Assembly: GCA_963703285.1 (NCBI GenBank)
Contig: OY969807.1
Span: 160,001-224,000, forward strand
Source: an uncultured Nitrososphaerota archaeon
Lineage (GTDB): Archaea; Thermoproteota; Nitrososphaeria; Nitrososphaerales; Gagatemarchaeaceae
Reading direction: 5' to 3'
DNA: 64,000 bases
The notes under the pieces were generated by a model. The model searched no databases. It worked only from the letters and a program-made list of their open reading frames with translations, and was not told the DNA's origin. This document shows, piece by piece, positions 37,803 to 47,070 of the stretch. The position numbers and the translations under genes are program-made. Position 1 is the first letter of the stretch. Each line of letters starts with the position of its first letter.

Positions 37803-38429
37803 ATGGTTAGGACCAGTATCGCCGTCGATAAGGCGATTGCTGACTCCCTAGCGGGGGAAGCGGCAAAGCAGAACAAGACTCTCTACGGGCTCGCTAACGA
37901 GTCTCTCGCCGATGTCCTGAAGATATGGAAGGAAGGGGGCTCGAGCAGGGATATATTCTCATCTTGGAGCTTCGGCCGAATCCTCAAGGAGACCGATTCT
38001 CTCCCGGTTCCTGGTCCTCTAATAGAGAAAATTGTGAGGAGGATGCATTCGATAGACAGCAAGTGGTTACTGAATGCTATGTTTGATGAGGGGGTGAACA
38101 TTGGATCCTACCTGAAGCTGCGCTTCCCAGATTTCCAAAACTTGATTCCGATTTTGTTTGACCTGCAGGCATTTCTCCCGGTTAAGAGGGTTGAGTTTGA
38201 GCGGATCAGTCCAATTACAGATAAGATGATAATATCCATCCGTATCCTGGGAGCGGGTCCCTCTCCTGAGTCGACAGAATGCGCAGAGCAATTCCTCAAA
38301 GGTCTATTGTCACAGTATCCCTACAGAATAACTGATACAAGAGTTACCGAAGGCATCATTGAGGTTACAGTCACGAATGAGGAAGGAGAGCGAGACTCAG
38401 GAGGCTACATCAAGACCGGGTTGATTTAG
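37803..38429 (+). CDS. Ribbon-helix-helix-like N-terminus plus putative ligand-binding (V4R-like) domain
   Basis: MVRTSIAVDKAIADSLAGEAAKQNKTLYGLANE; TTTATTTA box upstream. Confidence 0.6.
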   Translation: MVRTSIAVDKAIADSLAGEAAKQNKTLYGLANESLADVLKIWKEGGSSRDIFSSWSFGRILKETDSLPVPGPLIEKIVRRMHSIDSKWLLNAMFDEGVNIGSYLKLRFPDFQNLIPILFDLQAFLPVKRVEFERISPITDKMIISIRILGAGPSPESTECAEQFLKGLLSQYPYRITDTRVTEGIIEVTVTNEEGERDSGGYIKTGLI

Positions 38430-39009
38430 CAAATCGCTCCTTCTCATCACTTCCCCAAGATAGGTACTCTGCGCGTATCGGGTGAGACGAGATGGCTCTG
38501 ATTTCATGACCTCCTATTTGGACCACTTGCACAATTACGAAGCAGATGAATGGATGTTAGCAACTTCACCATGCATCAAATCTGGAAGGCGCACAGGAAA
38601 CAGCCACACGGGGACAGGAGGGCAAAACTGAGTGAAGATGATTGTCACCTGCATAGACGAGAAGAACGGGATACGGTCCCTCGATAGGAGCGAGACTATC
38701 CTTCCCTTGCGTCCCGTGATGCCTCAAGGCATACCCTAGGATTAGAAGCGCGGGGACGAATAGGCCTATTGACGACCCTGAACGTACTCGACGGCACTGT
38801 CGACAAGGAAAGGCAAGGGAGTTCACATTCTTAAGAGCCAAGCCGATGCCCTCCGACAAGAGTTTCCTCTGCGCGACCTGCTTCTCCTCATCAGTTCTGG
38901 ACGACGAAGCGCAAGGGTATCAACAAGTAGCAACAAACGTGCAAACATGTATACGCCAACCCGAATGGGTTCGGGCAAATGCACATAACATGTAGACAGA
39001 GTTAGACAA

Positions 39010-39804
39010 TTGTTCACATTGACTGAAAACAAGGAGCGAAGGAAGTCTGTATCTGTTTCTCAACCTGAGAAAATAGCTACCAGGCCTGTCAGAACGACAG
39101 GCGGTGTAATTCAAGACGTCGCAAATACCAAGGTGAGCAGACGGGCCCTGATGAAGGGCACCGCGGCCGCCGCCGTGGTCGTTGGCGTCTCTACCTTTGC
39201 CATGAACGCACCTAAGGTCAAGGAACAGGGATCCTCCGCTTCCTCGACCTCTTACGTCACGATATCCCCTACACAAAGCGTCACGACCACCATTGCCCCG
39301 CCGGCGCCGACAGTGGCGGCAACTCCATTTGACGCGCGAACGATTACGCTCAACGTCAATGGTACGGACTATACCCCTACCGTGGAACCTAGGAGGATGC
39401 TCGTCGACGTGCTTAGAGAGGACCTCGCCCTGATAGCGACGAAGAAGCCGTGTGACAGGATGTGCTGCGGAGGATGCACCGTCTTGATTGATGGCGTGCC
39501 GCATGAATCGTGCACAATCTTGGCAGTGAGGGCAGTCGGCCATACCATCGTGACTTCAGAAATCACCACGGGTGACGCAGTGGTGAACGCCCTGCAACAA
39601 GCCTGGGTAACGGCGGATGGGGGTCAGTGCAGCTACTGCGCGTCGGGTCAGATAATGGCCGCCACATACCTGCTGAAGACCAATACGAACCCGACGGTCC
39701 CTGAGATCAAGGCCGCATTGAGCGGTAACATATGTCGATGTGGAAACTATCTGCACATAATCGAAGCGGTACAGTCTGCCGCGGCGAGTCTAGGAGGTGC
39801 CTAG
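39010..39804 (+). CDS. Mo-hydroxylase 2Fe-2S subunit with Tat signal (PaoA/CoxS-like)
   Basis: SRRALMK twin-arginine motif; CDRMCCGGCTV...SC, QCSYC and GNICRC. Confidence 0.92.
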   Translation: MFTLTENKERRKSVSVSQPEKIATRPVRTTGGVIQDVANTKVSRRALMKGTAAAAVVVGVSTFAMNAPKVKEQGSSASSTSYVTISPTQSVTTTIAPPAPTVAATPFDARTITLNVNGTDYTPTVEPRRMLVDVLREDLALIATKKPCDRMCCGGCTVLIDGVPHESCTILAVRAVGHTIVTSEITTGDAVVNALQQAWVTADGGQCSYCASGQIMAATYLLKTNTNPTVPEIKAALSGNICRCGNYLHIIEAVQSAAASLGGA

Positions 39805-42283
39805 AGCGATGAGCTCTTCCGTAGGTTCAAACGTAGGAACGGGCAACGGTCCCTTCAACCTGGTAGGAAAGTCTACGGTCAACAGACGCGCCACCTACAA
39901 CCAGATTACAGGTGTGCGAGTGAACCAGAGCGACATCCTTCCCGTTCACGTCGGGGCCTCGGCCTTCGTCTACATGGGCTACGTTACCTGCCCATACCCT
40001 AACGCGATGATCAAGAGCATTGATGTTAGCGCGGCGGAGGCGGCCGGAGCCCAGACGCTATCTGCCCTGGACACGGACTACCTTCCAGCATTCAATTACT
40101 ACTCCACCGCGAACGGCAGAAACCGGGGACCCCTCCCCTACCCCCAGTGTATGTACTCGGGCCAGCCCGTGGTCGCGGTCGGGGCTGCCACCCCAGACCT
40201 GCTCAACGACGCAATCAACCTGGTCAAGGTTGAATATGAGCCTCTCCCATACGTCTTCGACGCGGAGGGAGCGCTGGCGCCGGGCGCGCCTGTACTATGG
40301 CCAGGCGGCAACTCTCCAAATGGGGCTGCCGGCATAGACAACGGATATCCGCCGAGTGTGGCGGCCATCTCTTTCGGTGACGCGGCCGCAGCCATCGAGG
40401 CGGCCGACGCGGTCGTCACGCTCCCAACGCTGGACACTCAATTCGTCCAGCACTTCACGACCGAGCCCCGAGGGCTTGTCGCAGAATGGACAGCCAACGG
40501 CGGGGTCAATATCTGGAGCGACACCCAGTATGCCGCCTCCATACCGGCCATGATCTCCGCCTACTTCATGATACCGGCGGCCGACGTAGTCTGCAGAACC
40601 AACCTCGGTGGAGCCGACACAACAACGGGAAGCTGCGTTGTGGGTTGCGCCACCGGCAACAAGGTGTCTGGCGAAGAGTACATCACAGCGGTGGCGCTCT
40701 CGAAGAAGGCAGGGTCGCCTGTGAAATTCCTCAACACCAGATTCAATGACTCACTCGCCACAACTGCCCGCTTTCCGCAGCGCGCCTACGTCACGATTGC
40801 CGGGACGAGCGCCGGAAAGATTACGGCGGTGAAGGCCTCCGTGTACACGAACGAAGGTGCGCTCGCCGGCGAGGATAATGAACTCAGCGAGTTCTACGCG
40901 AGCTACACCATTCCGAACGTCGACCTCGTGAGCTATTCTGCCAACACCAACGGATACGGCCAATCCGGTGCTATGCGCGATGTCGGCGAAAGCCAGTGCT
41001 CATTCTTCATGGAAACGGCTGTCGACATGCTTGCCGAGAAGCTGAACATAGACCCCGTGACATTCCGGCTCAACAACATGATAACAACGGGTTACACCGA
41101 CCCGGCCACAGGGACGGTCTACCCCAACACCGCGTTCGACCCCAGCACCGGACAAGCGTTCTCCGGATTCAGCGAGCCGGCCATCCAACTCAAGACAGCG
41201 GCGGCCTTCAACTGGAGCGGCAGATGGAAGGGCTGGGGAGTACCGAGCGGTACACCAATCAACTCTGGCGAAACCCAAGGTACAGGCCAGAAGCTGCGAG
41301 GGGTCGGCGTATCGCTGCTCTCTGCAAACAAGGGTAGCTTTGCGTACGGCTCGGGCCAAATCTCGGTCGATCCCACGGGCGCAATAACGGTCTACTCAGG
41401 GATAATGGACCACGGAGGCGGAGGAAACACGACCATACCGCTGATCGCTGCAGAGTGCCTTGGTCAGACAGACTTCAGCAACATGACTGTCGTCATGTCA
41501 GACAGCTCCCTCACGACCGACACACTGGGCACGTTCGGTAGCCTGGGGACGCGCGACGGAGGCATGGGCCAAGTCGTGGCCGCCCAGAATCTTGCGAGCC
41601 AGTGGTTCCCGATCGTCGCCGCCAAGCTAGCACCCGGGACGCAGCCGGCCAACCTCGCGTTCGGGACCAACACGATCTACGACACGACAAACCTCAGCAA
41701 CTCGATGTCGTTCAAAGCCGCGGCCGCTCTCCTCCCCGCCACGATTACAGGCAACTCGGGGTTGGTGTTCGGGCCTTTCAACCTTACGTACCGCGTCGGC
41801 GGCACGAAGATGTGCGAAGTCGAGGTGGACACGGAGACCGCGGACGTCCGCGTGATAAACGCGACGTGCGGAATTGGTCTCGGTCGCGTTATCTTCGCGC
41901 GTGGCGCGGAGGGCCAGGTCCAGGGTGGCTTCATAGGACACGGGATAGGCGAATCACTCACCGAAGAGCACATAAACGACTCGTCAACCGGGCTCAAGTA
42001 CTCCGGAGGCGCCCTTAACGCGAACTTCCTTGACAACAAGGTACCCACGATAACGATGGCGCCCGACACTCTGACCCCCGTGTATGAGGAGTACGTCGAC
42101 CCAGTTGGGCCCTTCGGCGCAACCGGAATCGGGGAGCCCTGCCTCATTGGCGCCATACCGTGCATCCTGAACGCCCTGAGCAACGCACTGGGCGGGTACA
42201 GGTTCACCAAGACCCCGGTGAGGAAGGAGGACATCGTAACGGCGCTGCAGTGGATGGAGACGAACCGGAAGCTCCCATCATAG
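39797..42283 (+). CDS. Xanthine dehydrogenase family molybdopterin-binding subunit
   Basis: GAMRDVGE, DPVTFRLNN, EVEVDTET, GQVQGG and GPFGATGIGE motifs. Confidence 0.93.
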   Translation: MPRAMSSSVGSNVGTGNGPFNLVGKSTVNRRATYNQITGVRVNQSDILPVHVGASAFVYMGYVTCPYPNAMIKSIDVSAAEAAGAQTLSALDTDYLPAFNYYSTANGRNRGPLPYPQCMYSGQPVVAVGAATPDLLNDAINLVKVEYEPLPYVFDAEGALAPGAPVLWPGGNSPNGAAGIDNGYPPSVAAISFGDAAAAIEAADAVVTLPTLDTQFVQHFTTEPRGLVAEWTANGGVNIWSDTQYAASIPAMISAYFMIPAADVVCRTNLGGADTTTGSCVVGCATGNKVSGEEYITAVALSKKAGSPVKFLNTRFNDSLATTARFPQRAYVTIAGTSAGKITAVKASVYTNEGALAGEDNELSEFYASYTIPNVDLVSYSANTNGYGQSGAMRDVGESQCSFFMETAVDMLAEKLNIDPVTFRLNNMITTGYTDPATGTVYPNTAFDPSTGQAFSGFSEPAIQLKTAAAFNWSGRWKGWGVPSGTPINSGETQGTGQKLRGVGVSLLSANKGSFAYGSGQISVDPTGAITVYSGIMDHGGGGNTTIPLIAAECLGQTDFSNMTVVMSDSSLTTDTLGTFGSLGTRDGGMGQVVAAQNLASQWFPIVAAKLAPGTQPANLAFGTNTIYDTTNLSNSMSFKAAAALLPATITGNSGLVFGPFNLTYRVGGTKMCEVEVDTETADVRVINATCGIGLGRVIFARGAEGQVQGGFIGHGIGESLTEEHINDSSTGLKYSGGALNANFLDNKVPTITMAPDTLTPVYEEYVDPVGPFGATGIGEPCLIGAIPCILNALSNALGGYRFTKTPVRKEDIVTALQWMETNRKLPS

Positions 42284-42297
42284 GAGAGTGGATCGAA

Positions 42298-43335
42298 ATG
42301 AGAAACGAACTAAACCAATTCGGATACCTGGTGCCGACCTCGGTTGGCGACGCGGTATCACTCCTGACGAAGTATGGAGGGAACGCGAGAGTCATCGCTG
42401 GTGGGACGGACCTGCTCTACCTGATGAAGAACCAAGTGGATACGCTGACACCGGAGTACGTGGTAGACATCTCGGGGCTCGGACTCGACGAAGTAGAGTT
42501 CAGCCAGAGCGCCGGCCTGACCATCGGAGCGACCGCGAACGTCCTCACAATCTCGAATGACCCGAACGTCAACCAGTACTATGGTGCGATCGCAGGGGCG
42601 GCCACGGGCCATCCAAACCAGATAGCCAGTCAGGCCACCGCCGGAGGGGAAATCTCACAGGAAGTGTGGTGCTGGTACCTGCGTAACAACTACGACTGCT
42701 GGAGGAACGGCGGGAACGTCTGCTATGCGGTCGCCGGAGACAACCGTTACTACCACAGCATCTTCGGAGGCAACCTCTGCTACGCGGTCCACGCTGGCGA
42801 CCTGACGACGGCGCTCTTCGCGCACGACGCCACTCTGACGGTGCAGGGTCCGGGAGGCTCGAGCAAGATGACGATGGACCAGTTCATGCCGGGCGTCACC
42901 ATAGTGGACGGCCGCGTCAAGGAGAACAGCCTCCGCTACAACGAGATAGTGACCCAGATCAACGTGCCTACGCCCGCGTCAGGGACGCTCAGCACGTTCT
43001 TCAGGATGACCGACAGAGCCGCCATCGACTTCCCATTGGCGAGTGCGGCTGTCGTCGCGACGACCAGCGGGAGCACAATCTCCAGCGCCAGGGTGGTGGT
43101 GGGCCACGTCGCCAACAAGCCTATCAGGGCATCCTCGGCAGAATCCTACCTCGCCGGAAAGACACTCCCTCTGTCAGAGGACGTCATTGCGCAGGCGGCG
43201 AAGAACGCCCTGTCGGGCGCCACACCACTGACGCACCAGAGCGTCGGGGCGAACGGCTTGGGTCAGGGGAACGCGTTCCGAGTATTCATCGCGCAAGGAG
43301 TGGTGAAGAACGCCCTGCGGGCCCTGAACTCGTAG
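42298..43335 (+). CDS. Mo-hydroxylase FAD subunit with 4Fe-4S insertion (PaoB/HcrB-like)
   Basis: IAGGTDL; CWY.R....C...GG..C...CYAVH. Confidence 0.92.
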   Translation: MRNELNQFGYLVPTSVGDAVSLLTKYGGNARVIAGGTDLLYLMKNQVDTLTPEYVVDISGLGLDEVEFSQSAGLTIGATANVLTISNDPNVNQYYGAIAGAATGHPNQIASQATAGGEISQEVWCWYLRNNYDCWRNGGNVCYAVAGDNRYYHSIFGGNLCYAVHAGDLTTALFAHDATLTVQGPGGSSKMTMDQFMPGVTIVDGRVKENSLRYNEIVTQINVPTPASGTLSTFFRMTDRAAIDFPLASAAVVATTSGSTISSARVVVGHVANKPIRASSAESYLAGKTLPLSEDVIAQAAKNALSGATPLTHQSVGANGLGQGNAFRVFIAQGVVKNALRALNS

Positions 43336-43340
43336 AGTCG

Positions 43341-43604
43341 ATGGCTCTGAGTTCGGCTCCAAGCGGCCTTCCAGTCAGAGAGCAGGGTGAGCCGGAGGAC
43401 CTTGCTCTCTCCGAAATTTTCGAGAGACACAAGAATACATGGGTGGCGATGACAGTTACCGGAAGGGACAGGAACTTTCAGCCAACAAGAGGTAGGGTGC
43501 TGGCGACCGACTTGGACCAGTACAAGCTGAGGCAGAAGATTTTGAAATACGCCGACATCTGCATCCTCTATGCTGGTGAACCTCAATTCCCTCTGTTCCT
43601 TTAA
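43341..43604 (+). CDS. DUF5678-like small protein
   Basis: HKNTWVA...GRVLA.D.D pattern; upstream of retropepsin-like genes. Confidence 0.6.
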   Translation: MALSSAPSGLPVREQGEPEDLALSEIFERHKNTWVAMTVTGRDRNFQPTRGRVLATDLDQYKLRQKILKYADICILYAGEPQFPLFL

Positions 43605-43659
43605 CTTCTTCTTGCATGCCCATTATCAGAAGACCTCTTCTGTAGGTCTCCGACAATAT

Positions 43660-44052
43660 TTGTGCGCGATAGGGGCCGCAACGACAGCGTGAGAGAGTCT
43701 AACGCGCCGGCCGATGTCGGCCCCGAGTACTGTGTCATGCCTAGAGTCGACGCCCACCAGCTCGGCTATCGAGAGGCCGCGCTCGATACCCGATAACGCC
43801 CCCCCCCGCCAACGCAGTAACCTTTTCAAGCAATACCGGGGATTACACGGCGGCAAGATTAAGATGGCGCGGGTGGACCCGGGAAGTGTGTCCTTCAGAG
43901 ATGTCGACCTTGTCGCCCCTCATCCTCCTCAGGTGACCGGATTCGACGTCATACTAGTACAGAGCCTGTTGAAGTTCATGAAGCTTGAATTCGATTGTTC
44001 GGTTGGAAGGTTGAGGATAGAAGAGTTAAGAAAGAAGAGTGTGGAACCGTGA
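43660..44052 (+). pseudogene. Frameshifted paralog of the downstream retropepsin-like gene
   Basis: VRESNAPADVGPEYCVMPRVDAHQLGYREAA* and, in another frame, GSVSFRDVDLV...FDVILVQSLLK align with 44049-44546. Confidence 0.6.
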
Positions 44053-44546
44053 GATTCGCTCTAAAGTATCCCATGTTGGTAACCGTTCGAGTAGAAGGTC
44101 AAAACGGTCGTGTGAGGGAGTTGAGCTCGGTCATCGATTTCAACGCGCCATACTGTATGGTCCTTTTTCAAGATGGGATAGACCTTGGTTATCCCGAGGC
44201 GGCCAATAAACCTGTCAACTTGGGGCGGATCCACCCTGATAGGGTGCCTTGGTTTACCACCATGCGTGGTATAGAGCGAGGCATCTTAGTGACTCTGAGC
44301 AAGGTGTCGCTCGGTAGCTTGGTTGCGGAGAACGTGGACGCTGTGGTGCTCGAACTGGCACATCCACGCTTCCACACGTTCGAGATGATTCTGGGCCGGA
44401 CATTCTTGAAGAATTTCAAGCTCACAGTTGATATGAAGAATGGAAAGGACGGTTACCTTTCTCTGCTCCCGTCAGGAAAGAGGCGACCTGGTCCGCCAGC
44501 CCCCTCCCACCCCGAGATTCAACGGATGAATGCCCGAAGCGAGTAA
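44049..44546 (+). CDS. Retropepsin-like aspartic protease fold protein (DFNA instead of DTGA)
   Basis: VIDFNAPY...MILGRTFLKNF. Confidence 0.75.
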   Translation: MRFALKYPMLVTVRVEGQNGRVRELSSVIDFNAPYCMVLFQDGIDLGYPEAANKPVNLGRIHPDRVPWFTTMRGIERGILVTLSKVSLGSLVAENVDAVVLELAHPRFHTFEMILGRTFLKNFKLTVDMKNGKDGYLSLLPSGKRRPGPPAPSHPEIQRMNARSE

Positions 44547-45292
44547 TTTTGCAGTGAGGGGATTCCAGCAGGTTGCGCCCGCGTAGCTCCGCAAACACAG
44601 TAGTCGAGGCCGACAAGGGTTACTGCGACGGGCCACTCATGTAGACGGTACGGGCGATTCGGCAGGGTACAAACAAAGTTCTGAAAGACAGCATTGACGC
44701 TACGAGCAAGTCACGCAGCTCCCCGTAGAACAGAGGTGATTCAGCTCACCGCCAATTGGATCGCACCCGTAGCTCCAATCCATCCTGCACCGCTGGCTGA
44801 GTGAGAAGAATCTGTCGGAGATATGAGGGTCCTGAACTCGACCAAGCCATGCTCAGGATTTGATCCTCGCCGCATAACCCCTCCAACAGTCTTCGCCTCT
44901 TCATTTCCAGATTCATCACGTGCTTCTCGAGCGACGGTTCCTCAGCCTCCCGGCGACCGCACTTAACCCTGGGAATCAGCATGGGACGCTCAAAATTCTA
45001 AGCAAGCCTCTTCTGGCCCGCGCAGTACTCCTGGCGATTTCCACCTTGCCCGAAGTCGTTGTCTCAGTGTAATTCGAAGGGGCTCTTTGCAGGTTACTGC
45101 GCAAGGAAGGGATTCGAACCTAAAGTTGGACTCCCGCCCGGGGCATCTCGCCACCATTTCAAGCGTTTTTCAGCCGTAAATCAGTCTCCTGCAGTTGCCC
45201 GAGTCGCGGATCAATCGGCCAGGCGTAACCCAGCGATCTCCCTGTTACAAAGCCATAAATTGACCGCGCTGCGACGTGTGTAAGGTTCCGGT

Positions 45293-45577
45293 ATGTGGAA
45301 AATCGAGTGCCCCAACTGCCACCATCTCTTCAGCGTGGTGACAGAAGAGAACAAAGACTTGATCGATGATGAGAAGGCGGAGGACATCAAGGAGAACTCC
45401 CACGAACGCGTGGAAGACGCCCTCGAGAATCTGGTCCCGTACAGCAGACGCGTCCCTGGATCCTTCGGCAAGGAGGTCGATGTGGACGACCTTACCTACG
45501 AATACAAGTTCAAATGCAAACATTGCGGCTTCGAATGGACCGAACTCAAGGAGAAAGAGCGAGTAGCGAAGGAGTAG
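45293..45577 (+). CDS. Zn-ribbon hypothetical protein
   Basis: CPNC...YKFKCKHCGFEW. Confidence 0.75.
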   Translation: MWKIECPNCHHLFSVVTEENKDLIDDEKAEDIKENSHERVEDALENLVPYSRRVPGSFGKEVDVDDLTYEYKFKCKHCGFEWTELKEKERVAKE

Positions 45578-45628
45578 GCCGGGTGCACGCGACCCCGTCT
45601 GCCGCTAGAAACGCCGACCGGGGTGCCT

Positions 45629-46117
45629 TTACCGCGGAGCTTCCCTTGCAGGAGGGAGGTTTCGAAGCTCTTGCAGGGCCCAGTTGGCGTTGCGAAGTCT
45701 CTTCGCCAGCGTACGGATCACTTCTATTGCGACGTCTGGGTTCTTCCTGAGGAACGCGTAGAACGCGGGTCCCTTGATGCTCAGGCAGGTCGTCTGCTCG
45801 ATTGGGACGATGTCCGCGCTTCTCCCTGTCTGGTACTCGTCCAGGAACGCCATCTCCCCGAAGAATTGCCCCTTCCCAAGCGCGGCGATCACCCTGCTCT
45901 TCTTCCGGACTTCCACCCTGCCCCGCAGGATGATGTATAGCTCGGCCAGCAGGGAGCCGTCCTTGACCATCACCTGGCCCGGAGCGTAGGTCTCCTCCCT
46001 CGCGTCGCGCAGCAACGCCTCCAAGCTCCTTTTCTCCAGGTCGTGCAGTATAGGAACCTGGCGCAGGAGATCTACTACCCTGTCTTCCTCGCGCTTGTTC
46101 TGAGGTCTGGTCCCCAT
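45629..46117 (-). CDS. Stand-alone cyclic-nucleotide-binding domain protein
   Basis: LYIILRG.V.V...GQFFGEMAFL.....RSADI. Confidence 0.92.
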   Translation of the reverse strand: MGTRPQNKREEDRVVDLLRQVPILHDLEKRSLEALLRDAREETYAPGQVMVKDGSLLAELYIILRGRVEVRKKSRVIAALGKGQFFGEMAFLDEYQTGRSADIVPIEQTTCLSIKGPAFYAFLRKNPDVAIEVIRTLAKRLRNANWALQELRNLPPAREAPR

Positions 46118-46208
46118 CCTCTCCCTGAATCGCAGCCTGCTACGTGCTTAAGCTTTGGCAGAGAATTTGCAGTCTTCCCTGGCGGGGCCGCAGGGAGGTG
46201 CAAGTCGC

Positions 46209-46400
46209 TTACTGAGTGTTGTTACCGCGCTTCCGCCTCTTCGCCTTCTCTCGTTCGTCCTCCTTCTCCTCTATCTTCTCGACCTGAAGCTCCTCCTTCT
46301 GCCCGACGGTCTCCTTCGAAATCTCCTCGCTCTCCTCCGCTCCCTCGGGCTTGACCGGTCCCTCCTCCTCAGCCGCCCCGCCGTTTTCCTTTGGACTCAA
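46209..46400 (-). CDS. Small charged hypothetical protein
   Basis: Glu/Lys-rich; TAAATA box about 30 nt upstream. Confidence 0.5.
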   Translation of the reverse strand: MSPKENGGAAEEEGPVKPEGAEESEEISKETVGQKEELQVEKIEEKEDEREKAKRRKRGNNTQ

Positions 46401-46434
46401 CCCGCCTCCGGCCCCCTAGGCGAATATTTATGCG

Positions 46435-47070
46435 ATGAAGAGGCCGCGGCGCCGCGTGCGACGTACGCCTACCAGAGAAGCCACCCCTCATGGAGCCCTG
46501 GGCATCACCGGCACCCCCGGGGTGGGCAAGAAGTCCGTCTCCCGCCCTCTTGCGGCGATTCTGGACGCGCCCCTCCTCGAGATCAGCGGCCTTGCGAGGG
46601 AGCACTCGACCCCCGACGAGCATGGCGAGCTTCTGGTCGACGTCAGGGAGGTGCGCTCGGCGCTCTCCCGTCGGAACCTCTCGGGGACGATCGTCACGGG
46701 TCACCTCCTCGCGGACGTCCTGGGTCGCTCCAAGGCGGGATTCGTGGCCGTCCTGAGGTGCAAACCCGAGGTCCTCAAGAGGAGGCTCGCCTCGAGGGGC
46801 TACCCCGCCGAGAAGGTCATTGAGAACGTCGAGGCCGAGCTGATCGGGGTGGTCCTTGACGAGACCGTCCGCCGGTTCGGCTCCGGGAAGGTCCACGAGT
46901 ACGACTCGACCCGCGCCAGCCCGGCATCCCTGGCCAGGAGGATAGCGCGAGACTACCTGGAGGGCTCGGCCCAGTCCGCGCCCTGGATCGACTGGACCCT
47001 CGACTACGACTCCTCGACGAGGTTGACATCCCTCCTCTCCAAGCCGAGGACGGGGCCTGCGTCCACCTGA
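46435..47070 (+). CDS. Archaeal AK6/Fap7-type adenylate kinase
   Basis: ITGTPGVGK, GHL and L..RL.SRGY..EKV.ENVEAE motifs. Confidence 0.9.
   Translation: MKRPRRRVRRTPTREATPHGALGITGTPGVGKKSVSRPLAAILDAPLLEISGLAREHSTPDEHGELLVDVREVRSALSRRNLSGTIVTGHLLADVLGRSKAGFVAVLRCKPEVLKRRLASRGYPAEKVIENVEAELIGVVLDETVRRFGSGKVHEYDSTRASPASLARRIARDYLEGSAQSAPWIDWTLDYDSSTRLTSLLSKPRTGPAST

Larger units (their letters stand above)
37187..45147. mobile_element. Cassette 2 at tRNA-Glu, no integrase gene (~7.9 kb)
   Basis: Core copies at 37187-37202 and 45132-45147; both preceded by the same right-end motif GGA(G/A)GGGATTCGAACCTAAAGT..GAC. Confidence 0.8.

Noticed and set aside
44600-45110. Short ORFs near the cassette 2 right end as a possible integrase remnant
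   Set aside because: No R...HxxR...Y motifs found by eye; BLASTx is needed to exclude it.
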